Below, piece after piece: positions 24,011 through 36,733 of a stretch of 64,000 nt of DNA. The notes under the pieces are model-generated. The model had not been told where the DNA came from and did not search any database. It saw only the letters and a list, made by a program, of their open reading frames with translations. Numbering within the stretch: position 1 is the stretch's first letter; each line of letters opens with the position of its first letter. This DNA comes from Psammoneis japonica (Eukaryota), in the NCBI GenBank assembly GCA_008632985.1, contig QPGO01000013.1, positions 124,001-188,000 on the forward strand, given 5' to 3'. The translations under genes were made by a program, and so were the position numbers.

Positions 24011-24121
24011 CACCACAAAGGCCGGATTCTCTAATATACTAAGAATTCTTAACCGACGTTTAACTTCGTCCACCACAAAGCGGATCAGTATACTAGAATC
24101 TTAAACGACGTTTAACTTCGT
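24011..24121. repeat. Short imperfect tandem duplication (~55-60 bp) in the ftsZ-RPL40 intergenic region
   Basis: CACCACAAAG...TATACTA.GAAT.CTTAA.CGACGTTTAACTTCGT occurs twice. Confidence 0.8.
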
Positions 24122-24334
24122 AGAAAACTCTCTAGGTGCCCTAGATCGTCCTACTTGACTCCCGAATCAAAACTACCGGTACGTGGAAGTGGGACGCGGT
24201 GCAACGAAGGAACACACAAAAACGAAACAAACTTAGTTTTACAAAACTAATTCTAAAGTAAAACAGTTTCTGATTTGGTTCATTATAATCATATAATCCC
24301 AACACTCTCCCACAGAAAAGGACAGAGTATGAGT

Positions 24335-24865
<531 letters not shown>

Positions 24866-25103
24866 CTACGGTAAGCAGTAAAACATGTGAACATCGATTT
24901 GACTCGTTCGATTCACTTTTGCCCGCGATCTTTTCGGCACGCACGTCAGCCGCGAAACCAAAAAACAAGGATCTTTCTTGACATCGACATCATCAAGATC
25001 TCTCTAGAGAGAGGTGAAAGAGAAGAGAAATACAACAGAGACCTTCCTTTCTGTCTGCTGTGGAAGATACGAATCAAAATCTCATAAAATTTCCTGCCAA
25101 ATC

Positions 25104-26257
25104 ATGAATTTTCGTTCCATCGTTTCGTTCCTGTTTGTCACTTCCATGGCAAAAGCCTATGCTTCGGTAGCAGATTACAGGTATTTTGTAGCAGGCGGTA
25201 CCTGTGCAGCGATAAGCCATGGTATCACCACTCCAATCGATGTTGTAAAGACTAAAATGCAAGCGGAACCAGAGGTAGGTTGTGGCGTGTTTTTCACGCT
25301 GGGATAGAAGAAGCTGGAAGTTCAAACGTCTTTTGTATTAATGGTTCGCCCCACGAATCTGAATTTTGACACTTGTTTTCATATATGTTATGCGGTAGGT
25401 ATTCAAAGACAAGGGCCTCGGTCAGGCAACTTTGTTTGTTTTGAAAAATGACGGTCCCGGTGCGCTCGTGGGAGGATTGGGCCCCACCGTGGTGGGCTAC
25501 GGCATTGAGGGTGCGCTCAAGTTTGGTGTGTACGAGGTGCTCAAGCCAATAATGGCAAAAATCATAAAGGACAACACAGCTGCTGCCTATATCTGCGCTT
25601 CGGTTGCTGCTGGTGCGGTCGCTTCCATCATTTTGTGTCCAATGGAATCAACTAGAATTCGTATAGTGACAGATGAAGATTACAAAGACAAGGGACTACT
25701 GACTGGACTTCCCAAACTCATTCGAGAAGACGGACTTTTGTCAACCTTTGGTGGCATCTGGGCCATGCTTGCAAAACAGGTTCGTTGTTGGGAAAGAATA
25801 AGATGTGATGCACCTGCAGAACTGAACCTTTTCTGACATACATTACATGTACTGCTTGTTCGATAAGGTGCCTTACACAATGGCCAAGCAGGTGTCTTTT
25901 GACGTTGTTGCTGGTCTATTTTATTCATTCTTTCACAATACGAAATCGCTCGTGGAAAAGTTTTCAGCAGAAGACGTCAAGTGGATGGTATCCGTCTCGG
26001 CTGCCTTTGTTGCCTCTATATTTGCTTGCATCTTTTCTCAACCCGGTGATATGATTTTGACTGAAACATACAAAGGAACGTCGAACGAGAGTGTGTTTGG
26101 TGTCGTTCGGTCAATCTACAACAGAAGTGGATTTGCGGGATTCTTTACCGGAACAGGCGCACGAATCGTTCATGTCGGCACCATTATTACAAGTCAACTT
26201 GTTATTTATGATATTGTCAAACAGTTGTTGGGGCTACCTGCGACTGGATCGCATTAG
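25104..26257 (+). CDS. Mitochondrial carrier family phosphate-carrier-like protein; introns 25275-25398 and 25780-25867
   Basis: PIDVVKTKMQ, GYGIEGALKFGVYE, CPMESTRIR, KQVPYTMAK, SQPGD; both introns restore the frame. Confidence 0.9.
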
Positions 26258-26592
26258 GGAAAACGTTGTTTTATTTTGTAGTAGCAATGAGTCTGACAAC
26301 ATTAAAAAAGGGCTACCATAACAAATAAGGGTTGCTTGTTTTGGCTTGGTATCTTGTCCGCGATACACATTTTTCCGGTTTCTATAATCGATGTCGCTGT
26401 CGCTCCTTTGTGCGCAGTTGCAACGCTCCCAACTTGCAGAACTAACGTACGTCGTGTTGCATTTCTATTCTTTTAACCATTTTTAACATATAAAGAACAA
26501 CCAAGTTTTGCTGCGTTGGTACATAGAACCCTCAAGCTAGTGTGCTTGAAGCTGGAGTCTCCCGCAAACAATTTCCACAAAAAGAAAAACAC

Positions 26593-28513
26593 TTATACAA
26601 TGCAATCGTCCTCGAAGAAGCACTTGTGAAGACATAAGACTGCCGCCTCCAGCTGATCGTCCCTCATAATGAATGATATGTTTACTTTGGAGGCTCCTTG
26701 ACTCATCATTTCCACCTTGATATCTTGTGATGAAAAGACCTGGAATGCGGTCGCCAATACATCGGAACTGCGTTCAACATCGGTAATCAATGTAAGGATT
26801 GATCGTTTCTCCTTCATGGTAATATCAGCATAGGGTTTGAGATCTTCCAGCAAACCACAAATGGCACTAAAATCCTGCTTTTTGTCTAGCGTGAGCGACA
26901 CGGAAACTTCGGATGAGGCCAAAACGTCAACCGACAACCGATGCTTTTCAAACTCTCCAAAGACCTGCGACAAGAAACCATAAGCACCAAGCATTTGTGT
27001 CGAATGAATATCCAAGAGCCGAATGTCGCGTTTGTACGTAATCGCAGTTACCTGTTGCAGAGTAAATGTACAGTGTGGTGAGAAACAACAATAAGTTTTG
27101 TCACGGCCGGACCTTAGTGCCTATGCTTGTAAGGAAACTCACCAATCGGTCTGGTTCATCCGTTTTCTCAATCACGGTTCCCTCCGCAGACGGATTGTAT
27201 GAGTTTTTGACTCGCACGGGCACGTTGTGCTTCATGGCGGGTTGCATAGCAATGGGATGCAAAACCTGAGCACCAAAGTACGCCAACTCACTAGCTTCTT
27301 CGTAGCTCACTCGGTTAATTGGGACAGCATTCGGGACGACGCGAGGATCGCTGCTGAGAATTCCGTCTACATCCTTCCAAACCTGAACTTCGTCCAAACC
27401 ACAAGAAGCACCAATCGCCGTTGCCGTCAAGTCGGATCCTCCACGACCTAGCGTGGTAATTTTGCCGTTGGGGTCGTGACCAATAAAACCCGTCACAACG
27501 GCAACGACATTGGGGTCCAACCTGTCCATGGCTTTCTTTATGCTTTCTTCGTAATCCGGAACCAATTTGGCGTCTCCAAAGTTTGAGTTTGTATGAATTC
27601 CCATGTCCCACGCATCAAAGGCTTGCGCAGGTACACCAATTTGATTCAAACGTGCCGCCATGATGCGAACAGAACAGCGTTCTCCATAAGAAACTAACTG
27701 GTCCAGAGATTTGGGTGACAATTCCTGAATCAATCGAACACCCTGCAACAAATCATGACACTGAAAAAACAGAAAAAATCGAGACGAAACGCCAATAAAT
27801 TCGATAAGGCTTCGCATATGCAAAAAGCCAATGTCATTAGATGAAACAAAACTCGTACCTCATCAAGCAGTTCTTCCACTTCCTCTCGTGTACTGTTTGG
27901 GTAATCAAATTCATTACATGTATTCAAATGAAGCGTACGGATAGCATCAATACACACCCGTCCATCTAGAGCAAAGTCGCCCGCGGCCAATAGAGAGTTG
28001 GTTGTCTTTCCCATTGCCGAACAAACGACAGCCCTTGGTCGGTACCCCGCCTTGATTTGCCCCTTGATGAGATTCGCCACGTAATCGATCCGTTCGTAAT
28101 TTGCCAAGGACGAACCACCAAATTTCATGACGACATCAATTTTCTATTGAAACAAAAAATGAAGAAGTGATATTAGATATAGATCGCCATGCAAAAAAGA
28201 CGCATTGCAGATAAGAGAAGCTCAACTCCAGAAAAAAAAACTCAACACACCGACTTACTTCACCGTTATCGCCTACGTTTGCGATTTGACTCATACCACC
28301 ACGATATTCACTGACTGGATCTGAACTCTCACTGCCATCAGTTTTTGATTCTTCTGTATCACTATCCTTGTTGAAGGATACCATATTATGTGGTGGTGCA
28401 ACCACAACCGATCTTGAAAAAGCAAACGGCATGGGAACAACAAAAGCTGTTGCTTGATCCACTGTAGCTGCCAACAAGAGCCATGATGCAATACAAAATC
28501 TTCTCATTGTCAT
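26593..28513 (-). CDS. lysC: Aspartate kinase (lysine-sensitive type, ACT domains), plastid-targeted; 3 introns
   Basis: VMKFGGSS, VCSAMGKTT, SYGERCS, TLGRGGSDLTA, WKDVDG, YFGAQVLHP, ACT segments SEVSVSLT and SQGASKVNIS; presequence ATA-F. Confidence 0.95.
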
Positions 28514-28864
28514 GAGACACTTCTTTTCTCTCGCTTTAGAAACAATGTGTATCGACAGTCACAATGAGAACTACACTGGCATTATGTTATGCATCGGAGG
28601 GAAAAGCGTTCTGGGGTTCGCACTGGCACTTCTGGTCCGCAACAAAGATTTGTGGCGCAGAAAGCGACAGAAACGGTCGCTTAAGTAATATGACGTCACA
28701 TATGACTTTTCGACACGTCATCAACAACGAAAAGAAATCATCGGAGGAAAAAACGCGTGAGCACAACAAACAACGAAGCAAACTGGCTAAAGGTTACTGT
28801 GAGGCAAGTCAAAGCTGCATTACACATTGTTTCTAATCCAAGACACAGCGTCCATTGTATCAAA

Positions 28865-29581
28865 ATGAGATGCTTCTTGTTGGCTAGTTTGTGTTTTCTT
28901 CTTCCAACGGCAGTGTTGTCGCTGTCAACTTCAACGAGGCAGGGCAGTAGCAGCACTGCGATGTCGCGTGCACAATTCTTGAGTTTCGTTGGAAGCTCGA
29001 GTCTTGTGGCTGCTGCTGCTGCGACAGTGTCACCAGCCAACGCGGCTGTTCAAGATGAAAAGAGACTGAATCTTTCAAACGATGAGCTTAAAGCGATTGT
29101 TACGGAGGATCTTTTGGATCGTCACTTTTTGGTGTCGGGTGACTTGACCAGAAGTGTGAGTTTGGTGTTTTGCGTCGCGCTGCAGACAATGGTCTGGTGG
29201 TTTATTTATTTGTTCTTTATGATAATGATGCTCTTTTTCTGCATTTCTTTATCTCTGCAGATTTATGACGAATCGGCGACCTTTACGGATGAAATCGACA
29301 CGTACGGCATGGACCAATGGATGAAGGGTACACAAAAGCTCTTTGTCGCCGAAGGATCGACTTTTGATCTCGTGGGAGATGTAGACGTAAACAAGGACCG
29401 CGTCGAGTTGCGTTTTGCAGAAGATTTAATGTTTCGAATTCCCTTTCGGCCTGTCGTTTCCTTGACTGGGCGATTAGTATTGAAGCGAGACGAATCGACA
29501 GGACTCATTACATCGTACCGTGAATTCTGGGATCAGGATGTGGCTACTGTCCTCAAGAGCGCAAAATTCAAAAAAGGCTAA
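28865..29581 (+). CDS. SnoaL/NTF2-like (DUF2358-like) protein, probably plastid-targeted; intron ~29156-29260
   Basis: Signal peptide, SRAQFL..A-rich..ANA transit; FLVSGDLTRS|IYDESATFTD, C-terminal ITSYREFWD. Confidence 0.75.
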   Translation: MRCFLLASLCFLLPTAVLSLSTSTRQGSSSTAMSRAQFLSFVGSSSLVAAAAATVSPANAAVQDEKRLNLSNDELKAIVTEDLLDRHFLVSGDLTRSVSLVFCVALQTMVWWFIYLFFMIMMLFFCISLSLQIYDESATFTDEIDTYGMDQWMKGTQKLFVAEGSTFDLVGDVDVNKDRVELRFAEDLMFRIPFRPVVSLTGRLVLKRDESTGLITSYREFWDQDVATVLKSAKFKKG

Positions 29582-29674
29582 ACCACCAGTCCATGAGTAA
29601 CCTTTCAACATTTTTCTTTCTTAAAGAAAAGCTAGAGCTACTTGCAAACATATGAAGTGTGCCGCACATCTGAA

Positions 29675-31204
29675 TCATACACCACACAACCATTGGAACC
29701 AACGGAAACAATGACGCAAGTTCAATCGAATTGATTGGCATTCTCTGCTAACGAACCACTTGGAGACGAAAGTCAGAACAGTAGATCCAGTTGGAGAGCA
29801 GCTGGATTGACCGAACGGCGGTAATGTCGGGTCAACAAAAAAGTTTGCAGTCCAGAAATCTGGATCGGAGTGAAGAGCCTGAAGTTGTGCAGGAGCGCTT
29901 CCGCCTTCAATATCTGGAGAGCCGATACGACCTTCAAACAATACCAAGACTTCTTTCTTGTCGTAAAGGAAAAACTGAAAGCCATGATCCGCCAAGAGTA
30001 AGATGGGTACATCGGTGGGACTGACGGGAGCCGACATCGGACTCATCTGTACTGTCCACCCGTCAGAGCTGCCGCAATTGTACCTACTTCATTTACTTCA
30101 ATCATTGTCTTCTGGACAATCAAGTTCAACACTTGACAACTTTCGTCACGGAAAATGCCACAGAATCCACCACCGGCATCTTTCGCAAACGGGGCCAAGA
30201 GACCAATAGTCTGGGGAGCTTTCTTGAGGATACCTTCGTAATGGGACGCGAATCGAAATCGTGGTAGCGCCAAGGCAACACGTTTTGATTGAAGGGACGA
30301 CATCGCTTCCAAGACACTTTTGACGACACGGCATTCAAGCCGTCATCTGTTGGCAGAACCACCACCATGGAGAGGAAGCCTGACGCATGCTTCAATTGAA
30401 CAATCTGATATCCAGGAATGGCGTCATGAGAGTAGGGAAAGTACTCTACCTTGTGCATAAAGTTGAAAGGAATAGGCAGCTCTTCGGTTCTTGAAGGAGA
30501 AGTGAAAACTTGTTTGTAGTCGTAAAGCCTTCCACAAAAGGAAACTCCCAGTTTGCCTTCTTGTAAATCGAATTGAGCGCTAAAAGGACAAACGGTGGAA
30601 AAAGAGGACCATCATCCACTATCGAATCAATCAATCTGCGTGTCGATGCATTGACCCAGTTATTCACAATCTTCCCAGCTTTGGGCGAGGTAAAGTCGGT
30701 TTCTTGAAGGAACTTACCCACTATCGCCTCGTATTCAGGTGCAAGCTGAACCCCAGTGGTCATCCATACACTGTTTGCGATTTCCAAAGTAGGAGCTTGG
30801 CGATAGCACTGGTCGTTCCTACCAGATTTAAAACATCGGAGATAGCACTGGTCGTTCCCACCAGATTTAACGCGTCTCCCATCGCACGCCGTAGTCAGCC
30901 GCGAAACCGTATCTTTCCAATGGAGTGTGAAAGATCCATCATTTGGTGCTAGTGTGTTACAAAGTGACATGGCGCGCACAATTCCTCTCTTGCCAAAGCT
31001 CTTCCACCGGGTTACAAGAGATCGAACATCAAAGATACACCCCAAGAGGAGGAACACTCGTTATCTTTTTCATATAGCTCGTCTGTGAGTTTATCCGCGA
31101 AACGACTGTGCCCCTCCCTTGCAACTTCTACATGGTAGTCTCGCAATGAAGGATAGTACTAATAAAATAACGACGAAAGCTTTCAACTGGCTCTTCGACG
31201 ACAT
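29675..31204 (-). pseudogene. Serpin copy 1, multiply frameshifted, with a 39-bp internal tandem duplication (~30802-30870)
   Basis: Fragments in at least 4 frames homologous to the intact serpin: NNWVNASTRRLI, LALPRF, EVNEVGTIAAA, ADHGFQFFL..VLFEGR. Confidence 0.8.
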
Positions 31205-31624
31205 CGCGTTCTATCCGAATATCTCGATGCGTTTTTTCTCATTTGTGCCAAAAGAAACACGACCCATGCATTGGCGCGTCGCGTTCGCTGGGATGCGGGA
31301 CCAAATTCGCGACATACGACTACGACCAAAAGGACCAGCCTTTGTTCCGCTGACACCAGTGGCTGATGATTAAGTTGAAGACCTCAGTGCCTTCTTTCGC
31401 AGTTTTGGCTGCCGTTTGTGGGTCTTGCCACCCAGTGTACAGCTTTTAAAAGGACGTTTTGATATCCGAACTCAAAATGAGGCCAAAACTGCACTTTGCC
31501 ACGGCTTTGAATTGCAGAGCACACTGGCATCGAGGGGCAGTTTGATTTTTCCTTACTTAAAATCTGTAGCTAGCTTTCAAACCTTTGAAGTGTACAGAGT
31601 ACCGCCGGTTGGCTCCAAGCGTAT

Positions 31625-33184
31625 CTAGATCATCAAACATACAATCAGTGACACCAGCAGGAGCAATTGGTTGCATATTCGGTCGACCTGAAAGGGACTA
31701 TTTGCCGACGAACCGCTTGGAGGCAAGGTTGACTCAACAGATCCACTTGGGGGCAAATTCGAAGCTGCCGACGAACCGCTTGGCGGTAAAGTCAGCTCAA
31801 CAGATCTACTTGGCGGCAAAGTAGGATCCAAAGTCGGACTGACCGAACCGCGTGGTGGTAACATGGGATCAACATTTAGGTATGCAGTCCAGAAATCTGT
31901 ATCTGAGTGAACAGCCAGTAGCTGCGCAGGAGCGCTTCCACTAACAAACTCCGGAGAGCCGACGCGACCTTCAAACAAGACCAAGTCTTCCTTGTTGTCG
32001 TAAAGGAAAAACTGAAAGCCGTGGTCTGCCAAGAACAAGATGGGTACATCAACGGGATCAATGGGAGACGCACTCGTTAGGGATACTCCACCCACTGTTA
32101 CAGCTGCAGCAATTGTACCAACTTCATTTACTTCAATCAATGTCTTCTGAACAATCAAGCTCAACACTTGACAACTTTCGTCACGGAAAATACCACAGAA
32201 ACCACCACCGCCACTTGTCTCAAACGGAGCCATTAGCCCAACTCCCTGCTGGAGAGCTTTCTCGAGGTTCTCCTTATATTTTGACTCGAATCGAAACCGG
32301 GGTAGCGCCAGAGCCACACGTTTTGGTTTGAGGGAGGGCATCGCATCCAAGATACTTTCAGACGACACGGCATCCAAGCCGTCATCGGTAGGCAGCACCA
32401 CCACCATGGAGAGGAAGCCTACCGCATAATTCAATTGAACAATCTGATACCCAGGAATGGCGTCATGAGAATATGGAAAAACCTCTACCTTGTGCATAAA
32501 GTTGACAGGATTTGGTAGCTCTTCGGTTCTTGAAGGAGAAGTGAAAAACTTGTCTGTATTCGTTAAGAGTTCCACAAAAGGAGACTTCCAGTTCGCCTTC
32601 AAGTAGATGGAATTGAGAGCCAAAAGGACAAATGGAGGAAAGAGTGGACCATTATCCACTATCGAATCAATCAATCCGCGTGTTGAAGCATTGACCCAGT
32701 CATTCACTTTTTTCCCAGCGTCAGGTGACGTAAAGTCGGTTTCTTGTAGGAACTCACCAACAATCGCCTCGTATTCTTGAGCAAGTTCATCCCCAATATT
32801 CATCCATACACTGTTGGCGATTTCCAAAATCGGAGCTCGGAGATTACACTGGTCGTTCCCACCAGATCCAACACATCGCCCATCGTATGCCGTCGTCAGT
32901 CGCGAAACTGTATCGTTCCAATGGAGCGCAGAAGATCCATTATTGCAGAGCGCCATAGCTGTGCACAAATCCTCTTGTGTTCTGGATGTGCCACCCGGGT
33001 GTAAGAGATCAAGCATTAAAGATACGCCCCAAGAGGAGGAACACTCGTTATCGTTTTCATAAAGCTCGGCTGTGAGTGAATCCGCGAAACGACTGTGCCC
33101 CTCCCTCGAAACTTCTCCTGCTGTAAATGACTGTCTCGCAAAAATTGATAGTATAAAGATAAATAAGTGGTGCTTCGATGCCAT
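31625..33184 (-). CDS. Serpin (copy 2, intact) with signal peptide, LPPSGS repeats and hydrophobic C-terminus
   Basis: VNDWVNASTRGLI, NSIYLKANW, LALPRF, hinge EVNEVGTIAAAVT, FLADHGFQFFL, VLFEGRV. Confidence 0.93.
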   Translation of the reverse strand: MASKHHLFIFILSIFARQSFTAGEVSREGHSRFADSLTAELYENDNECSSSWGVSLMLDLLHPGGTSRTQEDLCTAMALCNNGSSALHWNDTVSRLTTAYDGRCVGSGGNDQCNLRAPILEIANSVWMNIGDELAQEYEAIVGEFLQETDFTSPDAGKKVNDWVNASTRGLIDSIVDNGPLFPPFVLLALNSIYLKANWKSPFVELLTNTDKFFTSPSRTEELPNPVNFMHKVEVFPYSHDAIPGYQIVQLNYAVGFLSMVVVLPTDDGLDAVSSESILDAMPSLKPKRVALALPRFRFESKYKENLEKALQQGVGLMAPFETSGGGGFCGIFRDESCQVLSLIVQKTLIEVNEVGTIAAAVTVGGVSLTSASPIDPVDVPILFLADHGFQFFLYDNKEDLVLFEGRVGSPEFVSGSAPAQLLAVHSDTDFWTAYLNVDPMLPPRGSVSPTLDPTLPPSRSVELTLPPSGSSAASNLPPSGSVESTLPPSGSSANSPFQVDRICNQLLLLVSLIVCLMI

Positions 33185-33674
33185 GGTGTTCTGCTGTGAT
33201 GTGTGTTATACGTGTTGCTGCGGTCTATTCCCGGTGTTCTCGTTGTGTGTGTCCATGGTCAAAATGATGGTTGTGTCGGGTCGTGAGTCGTGATATGGCA
33301 AAAAATAAGAACCCAGGACGCAGCGGAACCCTAACCCTAACGATGTCTGTTTCCACTGCTTCCGCTCTCGCAATTTCTCGACTACCGGTACACTCTCTCT
33401 AGAGAGTAGAGTTACCGGTAGTAGCTCTCTTGCTAGCTACTTGCTAGAAACTGGCCTTTCTCTAGATGTGGGATTGTTGCTACTTGCTACAGTGTGGTCC
33501 TGATGAGCGCTAAATCCATAGAATCGTCTCACTGCGCGCCTTCTCTGTGCATTTTGAAACTAAGTGTGCTCAACAGTGCCCGCTATCTTTTCTCTTTTGC
33601 GTGCAACAAAGCTAATAGCAAAAGCGATGAAAACTACAGCACCTTCAAGCATGTGTATATCACCGTTCAAGCAC

Positions 33675-35133
33675 CTAGGTCCAAATCATCAACCATGCAA
33701 CACTTGCGACCTGCAGCAACGTAACGCACATTCGGTCGAACTCCAAAGCCTTTGATAAAGAACCACTTGGAGGCAAAGTTGGATCGACCGAACCGCGTGG
33801 TGGTAACGTTGGGTCGACAAAGAAGTTTGCAGTCCAGAAATCTGGATCCGAATGAATAGCCTGCAGCTGCGCAGGAGCGCTTCCCTCTATCATCTCTGGT
33901 GAGCCGACACGACCTTCAAACAAGACCAAGTCTTCATTGTCGTCGTAGAGGAAGAACTGAAAGCCGTGATCTGCCATGAACAACACGGGTACATCAATAG
34001 GAGCCGATTCGACAAGTCCACCTAATGTTACAGCCGCAGCAATTGTACCGACTTCATTCACTTCAATCAATGTCTTCTGAACAATCAAGTCCAACCACTG
34101 ACAGCTTCCGTCCCTGAAAATGCCACAGAATCCACCACCACCACTTGTCTCGAACGGAGCTAAGAGCCCAATAGTCTGAAGAGCTTCCTCCAGGGTCTCC
34201 TTGTACTTGGACTCGAATCGAAATCGCGGCAGCGCCAACGCGACACGTTTTGATTGAAGGGAAGGCATCCCTTCTCGTACACTTGCAGATGTCAAGGCAT
34301 CCAAGCCGTCATCTGTTGGCAGCACCACCACCATGGAGAGGGAACTTGCTGCATACTTCAATTGAACAATCTGATATCCAGGAATGGCGTCATGAGAGTA
34401 GGGAAAGTAATCTACCATATGCATAAAGTTGACAGGATTTGGTAGCTCTTCGGTTCTTGAAGGAGACGTGAAGAACGTGTCTGTATTCGTAAAGCGCTCC
34501 TGAAAAGGAGACTGCCAGTTTGCCTTCAAGTAAATCGAATTGAGCGCTAAAAGGACAAAAGGAGGAAAGAGAGGACCATCATCCACTATCGAATCAATCA
34601 ATCCGCGTGTCGATGCGTTGACCCAGTTATTAACCACCGCCCCAGCGTTGGGTGAAGTAAAGTCTGTTTCTTGAAGGAATTCACCCACTATCGCCTCGTA
34701 TTCAGGGCAAGCTGATCACCTATGGCCATCCAAACGCTGTTTGCAATCTCCAAAGTAGGAGCTTGGCGAAAGCACTTATCGTTTTCGTCAGAATCAACAC
34801 ATCGCCCATCGTACGCGGTAGTCAGTCGCGAAACGGTATCTTTCCAATGGAGTGTAGAAGACCCATTATTTGGTGCCAGGGGGTTACAGAGTGACATGAC
34901 ACTGCACATTTCCTCTCTTGTAATTGCTGTTCCACCGGGGTGCAAGAGATCGAACATTAAAGATACACCCCAAGAAGAGGAACACTCGTTTTCTTTCTCA
35001 TAAAGCTCGTCTGTGAGCGAATCCGCGAAACGACTGTGCCCCTCCCTTGCAACTTCTCCCGTTGCACATGGTATTTTCGCAACAATAATGGATAGTATGA
35101 ATACAAACCCTTCAACTGGTTCTTCGATAACAT
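33675..35133 (-). CDS. Serpin (copy 3) with apparent frameshifts at ~34690 and ~35080 (consensus errors or young pseudogene)
   Basis: ORF pieces collinear with copy 2; hinge EVNEVGTIAAAVT; hydrophobic C-terminus. Confidence 0.8.
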
Positions 35134-35524
35134 GGCGCTGACTTCTTTGCTGATGCTCTCATTGTGATCTCGGCGCAAGACCGGCATCAAAGCGAACACG
35201 GCCACGCGCAAGAACGCGAAGAAGCCGTCGCGCATTTTTTCAATCGAATTATTCAACAGGACCTTGCAGAAACCATTCGACTTCAGGCGAGGGTGTGAAA
35301 GCAGTGTTGTTCCATCGATACAGTGTGTCTGCCACGATACACTCTTAGAGAACCGGTAGAAATGCAAGCACCGTCTCTAGAAAAAAGTTCACGTAGTTTG
35401 CTAGGCCCACAGGACTCTTGGTCTTGAATGGCACGGGGAAACACAGTTGTTCTTCGAAGTGCCTATATGATGGTACACACTTAAGAAAACCAGACAGTTG
35501 TCTCTAGAGAGAGAGAGAGAGAGT

Positions 35525-36389
35525 TCACGAAGTTGCTTCTAGGACCTGAAATGGCAATCGCTTCAATCTCGGATCTTGCTTTCGTACAACCACCGTTTCG
35601 ATCACAGTCGTTTGATCTTGCTTTGGGCCACAATACTTGGCAATCAGTTTCTTCAACTGATCCATGCATTCTTCACTTGTACAGTCAGAAAAATCCATTC
35701 TTGTTAGTTCATGATTGATGCTACTCTTGTCGTCGTCTTGTTGCGTCGTTTCTGGTTGCTTCGTTGTTTTCGTAGCACCGAAACCTAGAGCATGGGCACG
35801 AACACGATAGGCCCCGGTTGCATCGATGAGCCACAATCCGTCACTGTCACACAACAAGGCTACACAGTGCAATGCACGGACCTATGCATATATAATACAG
35901 CGACAACATGCACATAAAATGTGAGTACCTACACCAAACCAAAACACCTTTAACAGATTCTGTTTCAGCCAAGCTTACGTTGTTGGATACTTCACAGTTG
36001 GCCATGTACATGTGAGTTTCCTGTGCTAATTCGTACAAGGAAAATGATCCATACTGCTCCTTTTCTTTAAATGCGAGTGAACGGCATTTTCGGGCCAGAG
36101 CTAATCCATCGGTTTTCCACCCCGCACACATGATGCACGTTTTTGGGTCCACCACCTGAAGAATGCGTTTGCTGCCCGATACATCTGACGACGTGAGATT
36201 GGATTGGACAAGATGTGTTGCAATCATGACGACTCCGTCTCGACACGTTGCAGCCACCATGGCGGGTGCGTTTGATACAAGCGGATTGGGCATAAAGCTC
36301 TTGGATGATGGATTTTGTTGGGTGGAAGCAAGCGAGACGCGACCGTACAATGCCACCAGTAAGCTGAGGAGTAATCCTGATAGCATCAT
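35525..36389 (-). CDS. Divergent 20S-proteasome-subunit-like Ntn-fold protein with signal peptide; intron ~35882-35979; start uncertain
   Basis: VAATCRDGVVM, RILQV..TCIMCAGWKTDG.AL...R, LWLIDATGAY...AHALGFGA follow the proteasome subunit pattern. Confidence 0.65.
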
Positions 36390-36733
36390 CTTACAATAAG
36401 AGGGATACCAACGTTTGCCAGAGAAGAAAGGTAAGAAAGCAGTTCGACACCACGTCGTGTGCGGCGCCATCGTCAATCGTCGATCCCCGCGTCGCCCGTC
36501 GCGCAATCGCGCATACCAACACCATTTGGGCACTTGTGCTCTGATGAGTCAGACAGACATACAACGTGGAGATTTCGTCGCGCGCGACGCGCACTCGCGA
36601 CATGACCTGCAAATCGAAAATCACACACGACCGACCAAGCAACGACCACATCATCAGCGAAAGCCGAAAGAATTCAACGCACTCTCACACATCATCATCG
36701 TTTCAAGTACCACATACAGAATTCTTTGGGACC

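Noticed and set aside
33327..33341. AACCCTAACCCTAAC telomere-like repeat
   Set aside because: Only ~2.5 units; it could be a telo-box but is too short to support a call.
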